From contig JABVCE010000017.1 of NCBI GenBank assembly GCA_014905635.1, positions 558,001-622,000 of the forward strand: 64,000 nucleotides of DNA. The letters are read 5' to 3'. This document shows, one piece after another, positions 1 through 16,012 of this stretch. Both the position numbers and the translations under genes were made by a program. The notes beneath the pieces were generated by a model. The model was not told the origin of the DNA. It did no database searches and worked only from the letters and a program-made list of their open reading frames with translations. Source of the stretch: Scenedesmus sp. PABB004 (taxonomy: Eukaryota). Each line of letters opens with the position of its first letter. Within the stretch, counting starts at the first letter, position 1.

Positions 1-1152
1 GCCCCTCTTCTGCCAGCAGCCCACCGCTGGGCCGCTCCCAGCCGCGCCGTCGCGTCGCCGTCGCCAAAAGCCGAGCGCCAGGGTTCGCCGGCTGGGCCCG
101 CCCGCCCGCGGGCGCGGGGGGCCTCGGGGCTCGTGCCCCACAGTGCTGCTGCTGCCGCGCCGCCGCGTGGGCGCGCTCGCATGGCATGGCCGGGCCATGC
201 AACCGTTGGGAGTTTTGCAACAAACAAATGCTCTCGTTGCTCGCCGCCGGGAAAGACAGGAACCGCCGCTGTCCGCGGGGCCCTCCAGCGCTGCCGCCGC
301 TGCTGCGCGCCGCCCCCCCCGCCCGTCCTGCGTCGACAGACAGACAAGACCCAAAAACCCCGCCCCGCCAGCTGCGCCTCCTCCTCCCCAGCACGAGCAG
401 CAGCGGGCGCGGGCGCAAAGAGGGAGAGCGACAGAGAGAGAGAGAGCGAGGGGGCGACGGCCGCGCCGCCGCCCGCTGCGCGCGGCTGCGACTGTACAGC
501 ATGCGCGCCCGCCGCCGTCAGCCATCCGCCCAGAGCTGCTGCTCGCGCGCTCGCGGCCGCCGCGCGGCCACCACAGGGCGGCCGCGCGCGCGGCCTCTCC
601 GCTGCTGCTGCTGGCCCGACCAGCGCCGCCCTCCGTTGGGGGCGCGCCGCGCTGCGCCGCCGCGCCGCCGCCGCGAATCGCGGCGGCGCGGCGGCGCGCA
701 AGCCCGGCCGCGCGCGCGCGGGGCGCCGCCGCCGCGGCCAAACACGCCGCGGCTGCGCCGCGCCCGCGCGCTGATGCGGCTGCAGGGACGAGAAAAGAAG
801 AGAAAACACGCGCAGCATCTACTGCGCAGCTGTGTGCTGCCGGCCGGCGGAGCGGCGGCGGCCCAGGAGGCCGACCAGCCGCGCCGGGGGGCCGGCCGGC
901 AAATACAAGACGCGTCGTCGCAAGCCACACGCCGGCAGCCGAAACCACGCGGGCGCGGCGGCGCGCTGCCGCCGCCGCCGCCCGCTGGCAGCTGCGCGGC
1001 CAAAAGTACGCATGATGGAGGCCGTTGGTTCCTGATCCCAGGGGCAAGGCAGGCGCGCCCTCGCAAGTGCGTGTGCTAGGGTGTTTGTGTGGGTTCGAGG
1101 GATGCCGGGGCGCCGCCGGGAGGCGCCTGGCTGCAGGCGCCGCGCGGCCCCG

Positions 1153-2527
1153 TCACTGCAGCCCGCCAAACGCGCCGCCGCAGCCGCCGGCCGCGCCGGC
1201 GGTCACCGAGATGGCCAGCGGGCCGCCGAGGCCCTGCAGGCCAGCGAGGCCCGCGTGCTTGGCAGCGAGGCTGTCCAGCGCGGCGCCGTGGGCGAGCAGC
1301 TGGAGGCCGTGCCCCGGCAGGCCGAGCGCCGCGCCGTCGAGCCCCGCGCCGGGGCTGCCGCTGCCGGGCAGGTGGTGGTGCAGCGGCCCGTGGTGGTGGT
1401 GGTGACCGGGCAGCGCCATGGGCGCGCTCGCCGCGGCCGCGGCGAGCGCGCTGTGGTGCTGCTGCACCGCCGCCGCCGCCTGCGCGGCCGCGGCCGCGGC
1501 CGCGTGCTGCTGCGCCTGCGCCGCCGCCGCCTGCTGCTGCATGAGCAGGTGGAGCTGCAGCTGGCTCGCCGACGCGTGCAGCGCGGCCGCCGCGTGGTGG
1601 TGGTGGTGGGCCGCCAGCGGCGCCACGTGCGGCTTGGCCGGCGCGGCGGCCGCGGCGGCCGCGGCGGCCGCCGCGCCCGCGGCCGCCGTCGTGTTCTGCA
1701 CCGCCGCGTCGGCGCACGCCGCCGCGGTCGCGGGGGCGAGGCCCACGCCGGCGGCCGCGTTGTACGCGGCCGCCCACATCGCGTCGCGGTGCTGCTGCAT
1801 GCCCGCGAGCTGCTGGCGCAGCAGCACGGCCCCGACGAGCTCGCTCACGTCGGCGTGCTGCGCCGCGAGCGCCTGGTGCGCCGCCGCGGCGGAGAGGCCG
1901 AGCCCCGCGCCGCCGGCGGCGGCGCCGCCGCCGCACAGCGCGGCGTCGCCCGCCCAGCCGCCCGCCGCCGCCGGCACGCCAAACGCGCCGCCGCCGAGCA
2001 GGCCGCCGGCCGCTGCGGCGTGGTGCAGGTCGAGGCTGCCAAAGGTGTCGCACAGCGGCGACACGCCCGCGGCCGCGCGCAGCGCCGCCGCCTCGACCGC
2101 GATATCCACCGGCGCGGGCAGCAGCCGCCCGCCGCCGGGCGCGGCGCCCGCGCCGCCGCCGCCGAGGCCGCCGCCGAGCGCCGCCGCAAACGCGGCGGCG
2201 CCGCCGCCGCCGGGCGGCAGCGGCAGCCCGGGCGCGCCGAGCGCGCTGCTCAGGCTGCCGAGCGACTCGAGGCCGGTCAGGCCCGAGGCCGCGCTCGTGC
2301 CGCTGGCCTGGCGGGACATGAGCTTGCTGCTCAGCCCCGCCGCGGCGCTCCAGTCGAGCGCGGCCTGTGCGGCGCTCGGCGGCGCGGCGGGCGCGGGCGC
2401 GGCGCCGCCGGGCGACGCCGCCGCGGCGGCCTTGGCCTTGGCCGCGGCGGCGGCCTTGGTGTTGGTGTTGGCGCCGCAGCGCGGCAGCGCAGCCTCCTCG
2501 GCGGGCGCCGGCGGCTCGACGCAGGCT

Positions 2528-2564
<37 letters not shown>

Positions 2565-2927
2565 GGGGTCCGTCGGCGCGGGGCCCCGCCGACCGGCGGC
2601 GGGCGAGAAGTGCGCGCGCGCGAGCCGCCGCGCCGCGCGCCGCGCCGCACCCGGCACCGCACCGTCGTCGCCGAGCAGCGGCGGGTCCTCCGGCGCGACG
2701 TGGCGCACCTCGTCCAGGGTGTGCGCAAAGAAGCAGACCTGGCGGACGCGCGAGCCGGCGCGTGAGCGCGCGCGGGCGCAGAGGCGCGGCGCGCGGGCGC
2801 GGAGGCGCGGCGCGCGGGCGCGGCGCGCGCACGCCGGCGCCGCACCTGGCGCGTGCAGTGCGGCGCGTCCTTGCAGGTCTGCGTGCGGTAGCGGCTGGGA
2901 TGCAGCCACACCTCAAACACGCCTGCA

Positions 2928-2964
<37 letters not shown>

Positions 2965-3908
2965 TCAGTGCGTGCACCCCGGCGGGCGGCGGGCGCGCAC
3001 CGGCGGGCGCGCCGGCGGCGCCGCGCGCCGCGCACCGTGGGCGTAGGGGCAGGCGCTGCCGCGCTTGCACGTGCCCTTGCGGTAGTCGGGGCACGACACG
3101 CCCGTGTACTTGTACACGCGGGGGTCGCGGCGCTGCGCCTTCTCGCCTGCGCGGCGCCGCGCCGGGGCGCGCGCGGGGTCGGCGGGCCGCCACCGCCGCC
3201 GCCCCAGCTGCGCCGCGCCGCCGCCCGCGCGCTGCCCCGCACTGCCGGCGCCCGCGCGCCGCCCCGCGCTGCTGCCCGTGCTGCGCCGCGCCGCGCCGCG
3301 CGCACCCGGGTGGGCAAAGGGGCAGAGCACCCAGTCGTGCGGCTCCTCGTTGCAGCAGGGCTTGATCTTGAAGGCGTAGAGCCTGAACTCGTCGGTCTTA
3401 TACTGCGGCTTGTCGAGCTCGCACGGCTCGCACGGCGCGTCGCCCTGGGGCGCGAGGCAGGCCTCGCCGCCGTCCTGCGCGCGACGCGGCGCGGCGCGGG
3501 CGGCGGCGCGTGGGGCGGTGAGCGTGGGGCGGTGCGCGTGGGCGCGTGGCGTTGCGGGAGCGGCGCGCCGAGCCGCCGAGGGCCGGGAGAGGGCGGGCTG
3601 GTCCCGTGGGGCTGGGCCGCTCGTCGAGCGCGGCCGGGGCCGCCCGGGCCATGCTCACGGCGCGAACGGCGCGGCTCCCGACCACCCGGGCCCCCCGACC
3701 GGCCTGCGGCGCGCCCGGCGCGGCGCGCCGGCCCGCCGCGGCATGGGCCGCCCGCCCGCGCCTCCCGGGCGCGCTGCGCCCCGTGCCTCACCTGGCTGGA
3801 CGCGGAGCCGTCGGAGCCCATCGACGCCGCGCTGGGCAGCCGGGCGAGGCCCGGCTGGCCCGCAGCATCGGCGCCGGCGCCAGCGGCGAGCAGGGCGCTC
3901 AGCTCCAT
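1153..3908 (-). CDS. Plant-type RR-TZF tandem CCCH zinc-finger RNA-binding protein (about 5 exons)
   Basis: Spliced exons read DEFRLYAFKIKPCCNEEPHDWVLCPFAHPG|EKAQRRDPRVYKYTGVSCPDYRKGTCKRGSACPYAHG|VFEVWLHPSRYRTQTCKDAPHCTRQ|VCFFAHTLDEVR, the RR-TZF signature. ATG at 3908, followed by a long Ala/His/Gln-rich tail ending at a stop at 1153. Confidence 0.9.
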
Positions 3909-4773
3909 GGCGCCGGGCGGTCTCTGTCGGCCCGGAGGCGAGCTGGCACTCGGGGCGCACCCGGGCGGCGCTGCGAGCGCGCGGTCCGGCGCGGCCGAGG
4001 CGCGCGCGAGCTCCGGCCGCGGGCGGCGCGGGGCGGGCCGGCCGGGGCTGGAAGAGCTAATCCAGGCAATGGCAATGCTCCCGCCCTGGCGCGGGTCGGG
4101 GGAGGCCGCGGGCCGGCGCGGCCGCGTTGGAGGCGGGCGCCCCCGGGCAACGCCGCTGCGGGGGGCCGGCGCGGGGCGTGGCGTCTTAGCTAGGGCTGGC
4201 GCGCCGCCTGGGCGGTCGGGCGGGGCGGACTGGGCGGGGCAGGGGGATCGCGGCGGGGGGATAGCAAGTGTGCCCCAGATAGTTTGGCACGATTTTTCTG
4301 CTGCGGTTCAGGGTACAAGAGCCACGCCCAGGATACAAGCGCCCCCGCCGCCGGCAGCCAACGCACCACCTCGCGCACGGCCGCGCGCGCGCGGACGCTC
4401 GGCCAGCTGGCCCAGCGCGGCGCCGAGCGCCGAGCTCGGCGCTCGAGCGCCCTAGTCACCGGGCGCCGGCCCGGTGGCGCCCGCCGCCACTGCGGGTGGG
4501 GCGGCGCGCCACGCGCCAGTTCTGCCGGCTGGCCCGGCGCGGCGCCAGGCGCGGCAGCTGCGCCAGCGGCGGTGCCCGCCGCCGCCGGGCAGCCAGGCGC
4601 GGTGCGCAGCGCGCCGAGTGGCTGCGGCGTCGGCGGCTGCAGCCGCTGCCGCCGGGCGCTCATTGAGCCTGCTGCGTGCACGCTGCAGACCCGCGTGGGC
4701 ACGCACCCGGCGCACCAGTCACAGCCCGGCCGGCGAGCCTCGCGCGCTCGCTCCGCTTCGCCCGCGCCTGCGT

Positions 4774-7546
4774 TCACTCCGCCTCGCCCGCCGCCGCCGC
4801 AGCCAGCGCGCGGCACACTGGCTTGTGCGCGCGCCACGCGGCCCTTTGGCAGGCCAGGCTGCAGAAGCGCGCGGGCGCCGCCGACGTGACGCACCCCGCG
4901 CACGTCCGGCCGCGCACCGCCGCCAGCTCGCTGAACGCGCCGTCCAGCGCCGTGCAGCGCGGGTTGTTGCAGCACGCGCGCAGCGGCAGCGCGGCGCACA
5001 CCGCGGCACACAGCTCCTCCGCCTGCGCAGCCAGCACCGGGCCGCGCTCGTGCACGGCAGGCAGCCCGGCCAGGCCGTCGGCCAGGGCGTCGTCCAGCTG
5101 CACGACCAGATCCTCCGACGCCGTGCACAGCTGCTCCTGCTGCGCCAGGAGGCTCCCCAGGCCCGCGCGCGAGGCGTCCGCCTGCAGCGGCCCCAGCGCG
5201 CGCAGGCGCGCGAACAGCAGCGCCGCCGCGTCGCGCAGGTCTGCCAGCATGCTCTGCAGTTCACTTGCCGGCAGCGGCTCGTCAGTGTTGCTGGGCGCGC
5301 CCGCGCCGGCCGCCGGCTGCATCGCCACCAGCGCCTGGCTCAGCAGCTGCGCCAGCACCGCCAGGCCGCGCGCCGCCAGCACCGCCCACAGCGCAGGCGG
5401 CTCGTACGCGAGCTGGCCACCGGCGGCTGCGACAGCTGCCGGCTGCGCGCGCGCCACCGCGTCGCCGACGGCGCAGCCGGTGCGCACCACCGCCAGGCAC
5501 CCGGTCGCCAGCTGTGGCAGCTCCTGCAGCGAGTCGGCCTCGCCTGCTGCAAGCGGGGTGCTGGCCGCCGCGCACTTGAGCGCCGTGAGCAGGCAGGCAC
5601 ACACCTCGCGCTGCAGCCGCAGGCCCGCGCCGCCGCCGGTGGTCATCAGCGCCGGCGCGGCGGCCAGGCTGGAACCGAGGCGACGGATGGCGCCGCACAT
5701 TGCGTGGGCTGTGGACAGGGCGATGCGCGGCACCTGGTTCGCCGCCCAGCACCTGGCCGCGCCCTCCAGCAACCGGCACAGGGTGGCGGGGTCCTGCTGC
5801 GCAAACGCCGCGAGCGCCGCGTCCGCTGCGCGGCGGCAGCAGTGCCGGCGGAGGCGGAGGCAGCGTGAGTGGAGTGAGCGCGCGAGCAGGCAGGGCGCGA
5901 GTGCGCAAGCTCAGCACCCAGGCTTAGCTGCCGCCGGCGCGTCGCGCACCCTCCGTTCCACAGTTCAGCGTCAGGACTTGGCCACAGCCTGCCAGACCGT
6001 GCAAAGCATTTCGTCGCCGGGCAGCCGCCAGCTCGTCCGCGCCCTCTGTGCCCGCCGCCGACGCGGAGCGGGGCATGACGCCCGCCTCTGGCTCCAGCAG
6101 CGCATCGGCGACGCGCCGGGCGAGCGGCAGGAACGCGCACACCACCGCCGCAGCCGCCGCCGCTGCCACCGCCTGGTTGGCCGCCGCTGCACCTTCAGAG
6201 GCTGGCCGGAGGCAGTCCATGATGGTGTCGGCGCAAATCACGCCGGCCACCAGTGCGTCTGGCGTTGACTGCAGCGCGGCGAGCTCCAGCGCCGCTTCCG
6301 CCGCTGCGGCCGCCAGCCCCACGCTGCCGACCGCTGCCAGGCCGCTGGCGCTGGCGCCGCTGCCGGCGCAGCTGGTCGGCGGCGAGACATCAAACAGGCG
6401 GGCAACTGCAGACATGCTGTCCATCACCAGCTCCTCGCTGTGATCGCCCTCGGGCACAGCAGAGGCGTCCAGCTCCAGCGCGCGCAGCAGCGCGGCGTGC
6501 GCCGCCGGCACGACGGGCGCGGCGCCGCCGCCAGAGCCGCCCCGGCCGTCAGCGGCGGCCGGCCGGCCGCGCTGCGCCTTGTGCCGGTGCGCCGCGCGCA
6601 GGGCGAGGTTGGCCAGCAGCAGCTGCTGCACCGCGGGGTCCGCCAGCAGCGACCGCTCCGCCTCTGCGCTCACGAGGCCGTGCTGCTCGGCCAGCACGAC
6701 ACTGTGGGCCATCCACCAGGATGCTCTGCACGCCACGCCAAGAGCGGGAACTACGACGCACACCATGGAGCCGCCGCCGGCCGCCGCGCGCCAGGCGCCG
6801 GCGCGGCGCAGCACGGCGAGCGCCAGCCGCGCGACCGGCTGCACAAGCGGCAGCAGCGGGCCCTGCAGCTCGCCCTCAGGCGGCCAGGCGGTGCGCGCGA
6901 CGTCTGCCGCCGTCAGCAGCGAAGCTGTTGCCATGCACGATGCCGTCAGCTCAGCGCTGCGCCCCTGCTCCTGCTGCCGCCGCCGCCGCTGCTTCTGCTG
7001 GGCCTCCAGCTCTGCGGCGAGGGCGGTGCAGGCCGCGGCCAGTGGCGGCAGCACGCCTGCGGGCGCGCGACGGTCACGGCCTGGTCAGGGGTGGGCCCGG
7101 CAGCTGCTGGCGCGCAGACCGCCAGCCGCCCGCCGCCCGCCGCCCGCCCGCCGCTCACCCGCGCGCTCCACCTCGGCCGCCAGCTCCGCCTTTGGCGCGC
7201 CAAGCATGGTGCGGATGTCAAAGCTGTTCTGAAGTACGCGGCACAGGCCGCCCAACGTCGTGCTGAGGCCCGCGCTGGCGACCGCCGCCGCTAGGCGCGT
7301 CTCCGGCGCCGCCGCCAGCTGCAGCACGCAGGCCAAGGCGTCCCCCAGCCGCGCCTGCACGCCGGGGGCGAGCAGCGCGGCCAGGTCGGCGCAGGGCGAG
7401 CCACTGGCCTCGGCTTCCTCGACCAGGCCGTCGAAATAGGCACGCAGCGGGTCTGCGCCTGCAGCCTCCGCCGCGAGCGCGTCGACGCTGCTCGCGCGCG
7501 CGCAGCGGCCCAGCAGGCCCGCCAGCTCCGCCGTCTCGGGCCGCAT
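4774..7546 (-). CDS. Helical protein with C-terminal MYND-type zinc finger, family copy 1 (3 exons)
   Basis: Starts MRPETAELAG. GT-AG introns at about 7158-7057 and 5949-5826 match the paralogs. C-terminus CCNNPRC...TCAGC...RFCSLACQRAAWRAHKPVC is MYND-like. Frame appears intact. Confidence 0.85.
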
Positions 7547-7859
7547 GAGGCCCGGAGCGAAGGCTCGCGGCGCTGGCGGGGCTGGCGGGGGCCGGCGCGG
7601 CGGCGGCGCGGGGCGGTTGGCGGGGGCCGCTGCCGCGCCGCGCTGCTGCCGCTGCCTGCTCGGCGCAGGGCGGCGCGGCCGGCCGGGCGGGTCAGGCTGA
7701 GGGCGGGCGGCGCGGCCTGTCACCTCAGCGGCGGGCGGCTGAAGCGCGGCGGCACAGCAGCGGCGGGTGACGCTGCGCAACCGCGCTGCCCAGGCAGAAG
7801 CTGGCCCGGGCCGCCACACAGCCGCACCGCTCGTCAACGCGCGCGCGAGCGATCCCAGC

Positions 7860-13703
<5,844 letters not shown>

Positions 13704-14232
13704 CCCGACGGCGGGTTTGAAACTCGGAGGGGAATAAACCCTGGGTGGGGGCAGCACCGAGGCGCTGGTCGGCGGCGGCGGCGGCCGGCCCCCCGTCGCC
13801 CGCGGCCGCGCGTGAGCGCAGCAGCACTGCGCTGGGTCTGAGTGGGCCGGATCGGCGGCCGCGGTTTTCGGCGGTTCGTCTGCGCAGCAGCGATCAGGGC
13901 GGCGCGTGAGCAGCGGGGTCTGGCTGGGCTTGGGGCGCGCGCCGCGGGGGTTTTGCACAACTGAAATCGCTTGCAGCAGTGGCCCGTTCACCAGCCCCCG
14001 CGCACGCCAGGGGCCCCCCTGCACGCTCGCAGACGTCGTCGACAGGCGCTCCCGCTGCTGCTGCGCTCGCCGCGCCGCCGCCGCCGCAGCAGCTCGCGTC
14101 GCGCGCGCGCGCCCAGACCACGCGCATCATCACCTTGCCGTTCGCCGGGACCGCCCGTGGGCGTGGCGACCGCGGGTGCAGCGGGGAGCGCGCGCGCGCT
14201 CGCGTCGCCGCCCGGATAGCGGCGGCGGCAGC

Positions 14233-15547
14233 ATGAGCGCGCCGCTGCCCCCCGTGCAGCTGTCCGACCCGCCGGCGAAGCGCGGGCGCAAGCGTGAGCG
14301 GGGCTCGCGACCGCGCGGCGCAGCGGCGGCGAGCGCGGCAGCGCTGCCGCTGCTGCGGGGCGCGGTCGCGGCCGCGGTGCCCGCCCGGGTGGCTCGCTCA
14401 CTCCCCTGCCCCCTTCCGCCCCTCTGCGACGCAGCCGGCGCGGCGGTGCCGCGCAAGCGCGCCAAGAAGGGCGACGCGGCCAGCGACGGCGGCGGCGGGC
14501 CGCCCGGCGCGGCCGCGGCCGCGGCCGGCGCGGGCGGCGCCGCCGGCGCGGGCGCGACGCCGCCCAAGAAGCCGGGCCGCCCCAAGAGCGGCGGCGCCAA
14601 GGCCGACGGCGGCGCCGGCGGCGGCGGCGGGCAGCGCGGCGGCCGGCCGCGCAAGGACAAGGGCGGCGGCGAGGATGACCTGGAGCTGGTGGCCGACGAG
14701 GCCAAGGGCAAGGGTGAGCTGGGCGCGTGAGCGCGAGGGCAGCGCGGCGCGTGCCCGAGCGCGCGCGGTGGGCGCGTGCCTGAGCGCGCGGTGCGGGCGC
14801 GCGGGCCGGCGGCGGCCCACGCTGCTGCCGCCGCCGGCGCCGCAGGCGACGACGAGCCCGACGAGCGCCTGGGCCGCACGCACGGCGGCGTGTTTGCGCG
14901 CGACCTGCCCTGGATCATGTACGGCTTCGGCGACGCGGAGCGGCCCATCAAGGTGCGCCGCCTGGGGTTCAGGGCTTGTTGTTGTCACCCCCGGGCGGCC
15001 GGGGCGCGCGTGCAGGGCGGGGTGTGGGGGCCGCACCGGGCAGCGGCGGCGGCGGCGGCGTTTGAATTTGGATTGTGCCGCAGGAGACGGTCGACCTGGT
15101 CGAGGACATCGCGGTGGGGTTCATCACCGAGACCGTCCACGCCGCGATGGTCGCCGCGGCGGCGCGGCACCCGCCCGGCGGCGGGGCGCGGCGCGAGGAG
15201 CTGCGCCTGGAGGACCTGCTGCACGCGGTGCGGCGCGACCCGCGCAAGGTCGCGCGCATACAGGTGCGCGGCGCGCGTGCGCGCGCGGGGAGGAAGGGGG
15301 AGAGGGTGGCGCAACGCGGGGCGCCGGCCTGGCGGCACGCTGCGCTGCCATGCCCGCGCCGGCGGCGCGCGCTGGCCCGGCACGCGCGCACGCACGCACG
15401 CCCGCACACACACACACGCCCCGCCGCGCCCCGGCGCCGCCGGCACTGTGCTGCTCGCAGGAGCTCATCCGGCGGCAGCAGGAGATCAAGGACGCGCGCA
15501 AGGTGATGGACGTGGAGGCGGGCGTGGAGGAGCTGCCAGACCTGTGA
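14233..15547 (+). CDS. TAF13: Transcription initiation factor TFIID subunit 13 (TFIID-18kDa histone-fold)
   Basis: FARDLPWIMYGFGD...ETVDLVEDIAVGFITE...LRLEDLLHAVRRDPRKVARIQ|ELIRRQQEIKDARK matches the TAF13 consensus. There is a basic, Gly-rich N-terminal extension. Confidence 0.88.
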
Positions 15548-16012
15548 ACGCCCCGCCGCCGGCGAGGCACCTCCCTGCCTGGGGCCAGCGACTCCACGCC
15601 GGGCCTGCGGCGCGCGGCGGCGTTGGCGCGGCCCCGGCAACCGCTGCGCCGCTGCCCGCGGTCGGCGCGCGCCGCGCGCCGCGTGTGCTGGGCCGCCGGT
15701 CGCCGCGCCCGCGACGGGAGGTCCCGCGCGCTGCGAGCCCTAGCGAGGTGCCGCGGCAGGCCAGGCACTTCCAGGCCAGGCAGCGGCGCGCCGCAGCGAA
15801 GGCCCGCGGCCGGCCTGCATCGCGTTTGAACCGCAGCCGACCACACCGGCCGACGGACCCCAGCCCCACACGGCCCTCGCGCGCCCGCCGTGCCCGCGCG
15901 CCGAGCGGCACCGGCAGCAGCGGCGGCGGCAGCAGCGCCCTGCCGCGCGCCGCGTGGTCCCGCCCGGCCCCGCCAGCCCTCGCCAGCGCCTCTCGATTGA
16001 TCCCCAGGCAGC

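Noticed and set aside
1..1150. Possible gene at the window start
   Set aside because: No recognisable domain. The GA-rich and low-complexity sequence fits the 3' UTR or intergenic region of the TZF gene.
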